Shown here: in pieces, positions 31,895-40,302 of the stretch
Position numbering within the stretch: position 1 is the stretch's first letter
Layout: each line of letters opens with the position of its first letter
From: Diplonema japonicum
Lineage: Eukaryota > Protista > Euglenozoa: Diplonemea
Direction of reading: 5' to 3'
DNA length: 64,000 bases
Assembly (NCBI GenBank): GCA_964019335.1
Contig: OZ025755.1
Coordinates: 124,001 to 188,000 of the forward strand
Position numbers and translations under genes: made by a program
Notes under the pieces: generated by a model
Told to the model about the DNA's origin: nothing
What the model saw: the letters and a program-made list of their open reading frames with translations, nothing else
The model's database searches: none

Positions 31895-31943
31895 GGTGTC
31901 TTTGAAGGGAACCTGCAGAGAATGCCAGGATCGCCTAACGACA
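31895..31943 (-). repeat. Solo 49-bp copy of the LINE-fragment 3' terminus
   Basis: 44/49 identical to 62845-62893. Confidence 0.8.
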
Positions 31944-31997
31944 GTAAGGGGAAAAAAAAAGGAGGGAAAGGGGGGGAGGGGGGGGAATCTATGACAT

Positions 31998-34900
31998 TCA
32001 GATGTTTCCGCACTCCACATCAGGGGTGGAATCTTTCGTGGGGGCAAGTGGTTGCTCCACATCCTCCAGAAGCTGCTGCATCCCACTAGTGGGCTGTCTC
32101 CTTTTGGTGTAGACTGTGAGTGCAATTGCCGAACCCATACACAATGCACCTACGCCACCGAGCAATCCGTAGAGCCACGTCTGCGATGAAGAGGAAGAAG
32201 CATCAGAAGGAGGTGACGAGTTTGTAAGTGCCGTGTTCCCTTCAGCCACTGGCTTCACCACGAGGGACTGCCCGTCTGCGTTGTCCGTGAGAGGGCCCTT
32301 CCCTTGTGCTGCCTCTTCCACAGCCCCATTTACCTCGGCTTCGATCTCCTTGGCTTTGCTCCCTTCGATCTTGTACTCCACGAAAACACCATCTTGAGAC
32401 GCTGCCTGCTGTAGACCTGACTTCCTTGTGTACTTCCTCATCCTGTCTTTCTCCTCCACAAGGTGTTCCATGTTCCACTTCCTGTCGACCTTCACCGTCC
32501 ACTGCTTCTCCTCCTCCTCGGTGGGCATTCTCTCCCCGTCCACCAGTACTCCCATCGCAGTCACCACAAGGCTTGCAGGTTCATCCTCCAACTTCTTCGA
32601 CGCCTTCAACATTGACATCCGGAACTTCCTCAGGAACTCCTTCGGCCTCTGCATCATCTCCGCCGCGTCACCTTTAAGCTTCAGGCGGTAGTTCGAGGAC
32701 ACCACAGGTGATGTGCTTTCTTTCTTGTCTGTGCGGACATCACGGTCCTTCTTGTCATCAGTCTTGACATCACGGTCCTTTTTGTCGGTATCGAAGTCAC
32801 GGTCCTTCTTGTCATCAGTCTTGACATCACGGTCTTTCTTTTCGGCATCGAAGTCACGGTCCTTCTTGTCATCAGTCTTGACATCACGGTCTTTCTTGTC
32901 GGTATCGAAGTCACGGTCCTTCTTGTCATCAGTCTTGACATCACGGTCCTTTTTGTCGGTATCGAAGTCACGGTCCTTCTTGTCATCAGTCTTGACATCA
33001 CGGTCTTTCTTTTCGGCATCGAAGTCACGGTCCTTCTTGTCATCAGTCTTGACATCACGGTCTTTCTTGTCGGTATCGAAGTCACGGTCCTTCTTGTCAT
33101 CAGTCTTGACATCACGGTCCTTTTTGTCGGTATCGAAGTCACGGTCCTTCTTGTCATCAGTCTTGACATCACGGTCCTTTTTGTCGGTATCGAAGTCACG
33201 GTCCTTCTTGTCATCAGTCTTGACATCACGGTCTTTCTTTTCGGCATCGAAGTCACGGTCCTTCTTGTCATCAGTCTTGACATCACGGTCTTTCTTGTCG
33301 GTATCGAAGTCACGGTCCTTCTTGTCATCAGTCTTGACATCACGGTCCTTTTTGTCGGTATCGAAGTCACGGTCCTTCTTGTCATCAGTCTTGACATCAC
33401 GGTCTTTCTTTTCGGCATCGAAGTCACGGTCCTTCTTGTCATCAGTCTTGACATCACGGTCCTTCTTTTCGGCATCGAAGTCACGGTCCTTCTTGTCATC
33501 AGTCTTGACATCACGGTCCTTCTTGTCGGTATCGAAGTCACGGTCCTTCTTGTCGTCAGTCTTGACATCACGGTCCTTCTTGTCGGCATCGAAGTCACGG
33601 TCCTTCTTGTCGTCAGTCTTGACATCACGGTCCTTCTTGTCGGCATCGAAGCCACGGTCCTTCTTGTCATCAGTCTTGACATCACGGTCCTTCTTGTCGG
33701 CATCGAAGTCACGGTCCTTCTTGTCGGTATCGAAGTCACGGTCCTTCTTGTCATCAGTCTTGAAATCACGGTCCTTCTTGTCGGCATCGAAGTCACGGTC
33801 CTTCTTGTCGTCAGTCTTGACATCACGGTCTTTCTCGTCGGTATCGAAGTCACGGTCCTTCTTGTCGTCAGTCTTGACATCACGGTCCTTCTTGTCGGCA
33901 TCGAAGTCACGGTCTTTCTTGTCGTCAGTCTTGACATCACGGTCCTTCTTGTCGGCATCGAAGTCACGGTCCTTCTTGTCGTCAGTCTTGACATCACGGT
34001 TTTTCTTGTCGGTATCGAAGTCACGGTCCTTCTTGTCGTCAGTCTTGACATCACGGTCTTTCTTGTCGGTATCGAAGTCACGGTCCTTCTTGTCGGCATC
34101 GAAGTCACGGTCCTTCTTGTCGGCATCGAAGTCACGGTCCTTCTTGTCGTCAGTCTTGACATCACGGTCTTTCTTGTCGGTATCGAAGTCACGGTCCTTC
34201 TTGTCATCAGTCTTGACATCATGGTTTTTCTTGTCGGTATCGAAGTCACGGTCCTTCTTGTCGGTATCGAAGTCACGGTCCTTCTTGTCGTCAGTCTTGA
34301 CATCACGGTCTTTCTTGTCGGTATCGAAGTGACGGTCCTTCTTGTCGGCATCGAAGTCACGGTCCTTCTTGTCATCAGTCTTGACATCACGGTCCTTCTT
34401 GTCGTCAGTCTTGACATCACGGTCTTTCTTGTCGGTATCGAAGTCACGGTCCTTCTTGTCGGCATCGAAGTCACGGTCCTTCTTGTCATCAGTCTTGACA
34501 TCACGGTCCTTCTTTTCGGCATCGAAGTCACGGTCCTTCTTGTCATCAGTCTTGACATCACGGTCCTTCTTGTCGGTATCGAAGTCACGGTCCTTCTTGT
34601 CGTCAGTCTTGACATCACGGTCCTTCTTGTCGGCATCGAAGTCACGGTCCTTCTTGTCGTCAGTCTTGACATCACGGTCCTTCTTGTCGGCATCGAAGCC
34701 ACGGTCCTTCTTGTCATCAGTCTTGACATCACGGTCCTTCTTGTCGGCATCGAAGTCACGGTCCTTCTTGTCGGTATCGAAGTCACGGTCCTTCTTGTCA
34801 TCAGTCTTGAAATCACGGTCCTTCTTGTCGGCATCGAAGTCACGGTCCTTCTTGTCGTCAGTCTTGACATCACGGTCTTTCTCGTCGGTATCGAAGTCAC

Positions 34901-37424
34901 GGTCCTTCTTGTCATCAGTCTTGACATCACGGTCCTTCTTGTCGGTATCGAAGTCACGGTCCTTCTTGTCGTCAGTCTTGACATCACGGTCCTTCTTGTC
35001 GGCATCGAAGTCACGGTCCTTCTTGTCGTCAGTCTTGACATCACGGTCCTTCTTGTCGGCATCGAAGTCACGGTCCTTCTTGTCGTCAGTCTTGACATCA
35101 CGGTTTTTCTTGTCGGTATCGAAGTCACGGTCCTTCTTGTCGTCAGTCTTGACATCACGGTCTTTCTTGTCGGTATCGAAGTCACGGTCCTTCTTGTCGG
35201 CATCGAAGTCACGGTCCTTCTTGTCGGCATCGAAGTCACGGTCCTTCTTGTCGTCAGTCTTGACATCACGGTCTTTCTTGTCGGTATCGAAGTCACGGTC
35301 CTTCTTGTCATCAGTCTTGACATCATGGTTTTTCTTGTCGGTATCGAAGTCACGGTCCTTCTTGTCGGTATCGAAGTCACGGTCCTTCTTGTCGTCAGTC
35401 TTGACATCACGGTCTTTCTTGTCGGTATCGAAGTCACGGTCCTTCTTGTCGGCATCGAAGTCACGGTCCTTCTTGTCGTCAGTCTTGACATCACGGTCCT
35501 TCTTGTCGGCATCGAAGTCACGGTCCTTCTTGTCGTCAGTCTTGACATCACGGTCCTTCTTGTCGGCATCGAAGCCACGGTCCTTCTTGTCATCAGTCTT
35601 GACATCACGGTCCTTCTTGTCGGCATCGAAGTCACGGTCCTTCTTGTCGGTATCGAAGTCACGGTCCTTCTTGTCATCAGTCTTGACATCACGGTCCTTC
35701 TTGTCGGTATCGAAGTCACGGTCCTTCTTGTCGTCAGTCTTGACATCACGGTCCTTCTTGTCGGCATCGAAGTCACGGTCCTTCTTGTCGTCAGTCTTGA
35801 CATCACGGTTTTTCTTGTCGGTATCGAAGTCACGGTCCTTCTTGTCGTCAGTCTTGACATCACGGTCTTTCTTGTCGGTATCGAAGTCACGGTCCTTCTT
35901 GTCGGCATCGAAGTCACGGTCCTTCTTGTCGGCATCGAAGTCACGGTCCTTCTTGTCGTCAGTCTTGACATCACGGTCTTTCTTGTCGGTATCGAAGTCA
36001 CGGTCCTTCTTGTCATCAGTCTTGACATCATGGTTTTTCTTGTCGGTATCGAAGTCACGGTCCTTCTTGTCGGTATCGAAGTCACGGTCCTTCTTGTCGT
36101 CAGTCTTGACATCACGGTCTTTCTTGTCGGTATCGAAGTCACGGTCCTTCTTGTCGGCATCGAAGTCACGGTCCTTCTTGTCATCAGTCTTGACATCACG
36201 GTCCTTCTTGTCGTCAGTCTTGACATCACGGTCTTTCTTGTCGGTATCGAAGTCACGGTCCTTCTTGTCGGCATCGAAGTCACGGTCCTTCTTGTCGTCA
36301 GTCTTGACATCACGGTCTTTCTTTTCGGCATCGAAGCCACGGTCCTTCTTGTCATCAGTCTTGACATCACGGTCCTTCTTGTCGGTATCGAAGTCACGGT
36401 CCTTCTTGTCGTCAGTCTTGACATCACGGTCCTTCTTGTCGGCATCGAAGTCACGGTCCTTCTTGTCGTCAGTCTTGACATCACGGTCTTTCTTGTCGGT
36501 ATCGAAGTCACGGTCCTTCTTGTCGGCATCGAAGTCACGGTCCTTCTTGTCATCAGTCTTGACATCATGGTTTTTCTTGTCGGTATCGAAGTCACGGTCC
36601 TTCTTGTCGGTATCGAAGTCACGGTCCTTCTTGTCGTCAGTCTTGACATCACGGTCTTTCTTGTCGGTATCGAAGTCACGGTCCTTCTTGTCGGCATCGA
36701 AGTCACGGTCCTTCTTGTCGTCAGTCTTGACATCACGGTCCTTCTTGTCGGCATCGAAGTCACGGTCCTTCTTGTCGGTATCGAAGTCACGGTCCTTCTT
36801 GTCATCAGTCTTGAAATCACGGTCCTTCTTGTCGGCATCGAAGTCACGGTCCTTCTTGTCGTCAGTCTTGACATCACGGTCTTTCTCGTCGGTATCGAAG
36901 TCACGGTCCTTCTTGTCATCAGTCTTGACATCACGGTCCTTCTTGTCGGTATCGAAGTCACGGTCCTTCTTGTCGTCAGTCTTGACATCACGGTCCTTCT
37001 TGTCATCAGTCTTGACATCACGGTCCTTCTTGTCGGCATCGAAGTCACGGTCCTTCTTGTCGTCAGTCTTGACATCACGGTCTTTCTTGTCGGTATCGAA
37101 GTCACGGTCCTTCTTTTCGGTATCGAAGTCACGGTCCTTCTTGTCAGTCTTGACATCACGGTCCTTCTTGTCGGTATCGAAGTCACGGTCCTTCTTGTCG
37201 GCATCGAAGTCACGGTCCTTCTTGTCGTCAGTCTTGACATCACGGTCCTTCTTGTCGGTATCGAAGTCACGGTCCTTCTTGTCGTCAGTCTTGACATCAC
37301 GGTCCTTCTTGTCGAAGCCACTATTCGTAAGCGACTCGGAGGTCGAAGTTGTAGCTGATGCGTCCTGTGCACCTGCCAGGAGCACAACAGCCCCCAAAGC
37401 AAGAAGCATCCTGAAGCTTAACAT
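31998..37424 (-). CDS. Type I membrane/surface protein with a ~1530-aa Asp/Lys/Arg repeat ectodomain
   Basis: Signal peptide MLSFRMLLALGAVVLLAGAQD; DKKDRDFD(T/A) and DKKDRDVKTD repeats; globular juxtamembrane region; TM WLYGLLGGVGALCMGSAIALTVY followed by KRR. Confidence 0.9.
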   Translation of the reverse strand: MLSFRMLLALGAVVLLAGAQDASATTSTSESLTNSGFDKKDRDVKTDDKKDRDFDTDKKDRDVKTDDKKDRDFDADKKDRDFDTDKKDRDVKTDKKDRDFDTEKKDRDFDTDKKDRDVKTDDKKDRDFDADKKDRDVKTDDKKDRDVKTDDKKDRDFDTDKKDRDVKTDDKKDRDFDTDEKDRDVKTDDKKDRDFDADKKDRDFKTDDKKDRDFDTDKKDRDFDADKKDRDVKTDDKKDRDFDADKKDRDFDTDKKDRDVKTDDKKDRDFDTDKKDRDFDTDKKNHDVKTDDKKDRDFDADKKDRDFDTDKKDRDVKTDDKKDRDFDADKKDRDVKTDDKKDRDFDTDKKDRDVKTDDKKDRGFDAEKKDRDVKTDDKKDRDFDADKKDRDFDTDKKDRDVKTDDKKDRDVKTDDKKDRDFDADKKDRDFDTDKKDRDVKTDDKKDRDFDTDKKDRDFDTDKKNHDVKTDDKKDRDFDTDKKDRDVKTDDKKDRDFDADKKDRDFDADKKDRDFDTDKKDRDVKTDDKKDRDFDTDKKNRDVKTDDKKDRDFDADKKDRDVKTDDKKDRDFDTDKKDRDVKTDDKKDRDFDTDKKDRDFDADKKDRDVKTDDKKDRGFDADKKDRDVKTDDKKDRDFDADKKDRDVKTDDKKDRDFDADKKDRDFDTDKKDRDVKTDDKKDRDFDTDKKDRDFDTDKKNHDVKTDDKKDRDFDTDKKDRDVKTDDKKDRDFDADKKDRDFDADKKDRDFDTDKKDRDVKTDDKKDRDFDTDKKNRDVKTDDKKDRDFDADKKDRDVKTDDKKDRDFDADKKDRDVKTDDKKDRDFDTDKKDRDVKTDDKKDRDFDTDEKDRDVKTDDKKDRDFDADKKDRDFKTDDKKDRDFDTDKKDRDFDADKKDRDVKTDDKKDRGFDADKKDRDVKTDDKKDRDFDADKKDRDVKTDDKKDRDFDTDKKDRDVKTDDKKDRDFDAEKKDRDVKTDDKKDRDFDADKKDRDFDTDKKDRDVKTDDKKDRDVKTDDKKDRDFDADKKDRHFDTDKKDRDVKTDDKKDRDFDTDKKDRDFDTDKKNHDVKTDDKKDRDFDTDKKDRDVKTDDKKDRDFDADKKDRDFDADKKDRDFDTDKKDRDVKTDDKKDRDFDTDKKNRDVKTDDKKDRDFDADKKDRDVKTDDKKDRDFDADKKDRDVKTDDKKDRDFDTDEKDRDVKTDDKKDRDFDADKKDRDFKTDDKKDRDFDTDKKDRDFDADKKDRDVKTDDKKDRGFDADKKDRDVKTDDKKDRDFDADKKDRDVKTDDKKDRDFDTDKKDRDVKTDDKKDRDFDAEKKDRDVKTDDKKDRDFDAEKKDRDVKTDDKKDRDFDTDKKDRDVKTDDKKDRDFDTDKKDRDVKTDDKKDRDFDAEKKDRDVKTDDKKDRDFDTDKKDRDVKTDDKKDRDFDTDKKDRDVKTDDKKDRDFDTDKKDRDVKTDDKKDRDFDAEKKDRDVKTDDKKDRDFDTDKKDRDVKTDDKKDRDFDTDKKDRDVKTDDKKDRDFDAEKKDRDVKTDDKKDRDFDTDKKDRDVKTDDKKDRDVRTDKKESTSPVVSSNYRLKLKGDAAEMMQRPKEFLRKFRMSMLKASKKLEDEPASLVVTAMGVLVDGERMPTEEEEKQWTVKVDRKWNMEHLVEEKDRMRKYTRKSGLQQAASQDGVFVEYKIEGSKAKEIEAEVNGAVEEAAQGKGPLTDNADGQSLVVKPVAEGNTALTNSSPPSDASSSSSQTWLYGLLGGVGALCMGSAIALTVYTKRRQPTSGMQQLLEDVEQPLAPTKDSTPDVECGNI
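32720..37320. repeat. Coding minisatellite of 27-bp and 30-bp units (~4.6 kb)
   Basis: CACGGTCCTTCTTGTCGG(T/C)ATCGAAGT and CACGGTCCTTCTTGTC(A/G)TCAGTCTTGACAT are interspersed. Confidence 0.98.
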
Positions 37425-38245
37425 TTGAAGATGACGCGGTGGTTCTTCTTTTTTATTATCCCCTCCTTTTTTTTCTTTGTGTATTAGACCTGTATATGTG
37501 TGTTTCAAGCAGGAGCAATAACGAGAGGAAGGAAAAAGAGAAGAAGAATGACTTTGGTTGCTTCATAAACCGCCTGGCGTACGAGCAACTTCTTAACCGC
37601 GCAAGTGGATGTTGCACCCTTCTGTGCTGAAGGATGCATGGCTACGGGAAGAAAAAAGAAGCTGCGCCTTACTGACTGGGATCTTACACGTGTCTGTCAC
37701 CATTCCGCGGTTGCATCTCTGGTGCTGAGCTGTGCTAAGAACATCGGTGGCGGTCTCTCTAAATAAAGAGCTGTTCGAGTAGACGAGAATAACTAACTGT
37801 CGCAGAGTGAAAGTCATGCGATGGATTGATGATTTTTTTTAAAGATCATCATGAGAAAGTGTGTCTTTCAAGAAAGGCTTCAAACCGAGAAATTCAGAAT
37901 GGGCCGAGGCCACGTGCTAAACTGTCATCAGGAACATCAATGTGACCCATGTGCGTTCAGACATTTATCTTCCGGTGATTTTTGTTTTACAGTTTTTTTT
38001 TTTTTTTTTTTTTTTTTTAATTAAATTCCGAAGAGGAAAAGGGGACCTGTGGAGGAATCTTCAGGGCACCTTGTGGAGATATCAGACGAGAGCCCGCAGT
38101 TGGAGGGCCGCGTACCTCATATGCGAAAGTGGATGTCGGAGAAGGCCAAGGCTCTGCAGGCGGGAACAGCGACCTGGAGCTCGAAGGCTGAGATGCGTCC
38201 ACGATGACGAGTCGTAGAAACAATCTCGTTGTTCCTTTGGAAGTC

Positions 38246-38871
38246 CGCATATATAGGGGTGATTTTCCGCATATAGGGGTGATTTTCCGCATATTGGGGT
38301 GATTTTCCACATAAAAAGGGGTGATTTTCCGCATATATAGGGGTGATTTTCCACATATATAGGGGTGATTTTCCACATATATAGGGGTGATTTTCCACAT
38401 ATATAGGGGTGATTTTCCGCATATTGGGGTGATTTTCCGCATATTGGGGTGATTTTCCGCATATATAGGGGTGATTTTCCACATATATAGGGGTGATTTT
38501 CCACATATATAGGGGTGATTTTCCACATATATAGGGGTGATTTTCCACATATATAGGGGTGATTTTCCGCATATTGGGGTGATTTTCCACATATATAGGG
38601 GTGATTTTCCACATATATAGGGGTGATTTGCCGCATATATAGGGGTGATTTTCCACATATATAGGGGTGATTTTCCACATATATAGGGGTGATTTTCCAC
38701 ATATATAGGGGTGATTTGCCGCATATATAGGGGTGATTTTCCACATATATAGGGGTGATTTTCCACATATAGGGGTGATTTTCCGCATATATAGGGGTGA
38801 TTTTCCACATATATAGGGGTGATTTTCCACATATATAGGGGTGATTTTCCACATATATAGGGGTGATTTTC
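38246..38871. repeat. 22-bp satellite (CC(A/G)CATATATAGGGGTGATTTT), about 29 copies with 20-bp variants
   Basis: Directly visible head-to-tail array with no spacers. Confidence 0.97.
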
Positions 38872-39039
38872 CTAATCGATTTCTCTTTTTTTTCTTCTTT
38901 TTAATTTCCTCCGGCGACGACGGACGCAGCGACAAACCCAGGCAGAAGTGGCAGGCGCCTGCAGAACACGAACGACGAATAAAGTACAGAAACTGTAGCT
39001 CTAGAATCGTTGGGCAGTTTTCTTTTTCTTTTTTAGCCC

Positions 39040-39260
39040 GACCACTCTTGTAACAGTCGCGCCTCAGCCATGTCCGGGAACACCCGCCCTGGGGTGTATA
39101 GTTTTATATTTATCGGCTATACTTTTGTTTTACTTGACATAACATTCGGCGTGTGCTTCAGCGTCAACATGTACCGCCTCTCCGCCTTGAACACCAACCC
39201 CTGTGTGCTAGACCCGAGGCGCTGCCCTTGCTCGTACTCCTGTAGTACTGACGGATCCAT
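39040..39260 (-). pseudogene. Possible protein-kinase N-lobe relic
   Basis: AAAATATG start, MDPSVLQEYEQGQRLGSSTQGLVFKAERR (Gly-loop-like), and a later DMAEARLLQE; the remainder is not found. Confidence 0.35.
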
Positions 39261-39593
39261 ATTTTGTTGTGGTGGTGCAAGTAGAGTGGCCTGTGTTGGG
39301 GATTGGATACAACTTGGAAATGAGATGGAATAAAAATATGAAAGTGTTCAGTGTGCAGAGGGGCTCACTGTTACTACAGAGGTAGGCTAAAAAGAAAAAA
39401 AAAAAAAAAAAGAGGGGTGGAAGAAGAAAGGAAAAAGTGTTGACCACAAAAAAAAAAAAATAATTCTTTATGACTATATGTCTTTTGTTGTTCGCACGAG
39501 CAAAAAAGATTTTTAAAAAGCTGCGAAAGTTTTTTGCTCGGCACAAGTTGCATATAGTTATAAAATCATTTTTTGAAAGATAAATATTTGTAA

Positions 39594-39639
<46 letters not shown>

Positions 39640-40302
39640 CATTTTATTATTCGTGGGTTTCTTCCCTAGGCCCCCGACAAAAGGGGGGTAAAGGGGTAAA
39701 GAACAATATAAGAAATATTAAAAAAAAATATATATAAAAAAACTCTTTTTTTTTTAATTTTCTGGCACATTGTTTTCTTGGCCTTTGCAGTCATCGTATC
39801 GCGTCTGGATATATAAGAGAGAGAAATAAAAAAAAAAAGAAGAGGGGAAGGGAGGAGAGAAGAGAGTAGCCTTGTGAATAGAAGCCATAAGAAGAGAAAG
39901 AAAAAAAAATAAAAGAATGAGAAAGAAGGAAAGTCCGTTCTAAAACTGAAGGAGAGGGATGAAACAAACAAAAGGAGGGTCAACCTTGCTTTCAGGGAGG
40001 CTGCTAACTGTACTAAATGTGTCACCCACCCATATGAGAATTCACGCGGGTGGCGGACAAAGCCACAGAAAAATGTGGAGAGAAGAATGGGAAACCCCTT
40101 CTCTTCCCTCCCCATCCCTTTTATGTGTGTTTTTTTTTTTCTTGCAAGGTACAAGAATGACCATATTCCCCCTCGTTCTTTTTCCCCCCCTCCCTTCAAA
40201 AGTATATCACATCTTTCCTTTTTTCATGTGTCCTAATTTCTTTCTTCTTTCTTTATCATCGCAGAAAGGGTTTCCAAAGCTTTTTTTTTCTTTTTTTTTT
40301 CC

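Noticed and set aside
31895-31943. Known self-cleaving ribozyme (HDV, hammerhead, twister, pistol)
   Set aside because: The required core motifs and pseudoknots were not found by eye.
32681-37428. Very long alternative-frame ORFs (1573 aa T/R-rich; 1045 aa hydrophobic and 1028/539 aa S/F-rich antisense)
   Set aside because: Expected shadows of a 27/30-bp stop-poor repeat. They end at or inside the repeat, and only the D/K frame has a signal peptide, a unique domain and a TM anchor.
37500-38245. Mixed-sequence blocks that might be coding
   Set aside because: All frames are short or interrupted and no motif was recognised; left unannotated.
38017-38935. 256-272-aa ORFs in all three minus frames; CRISPR-like or telomere-like appearance
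   Set aside because: These are translations of a 22-bp satellite. There are no unique spacers or cas genes, and the unit is not TTAGGG.
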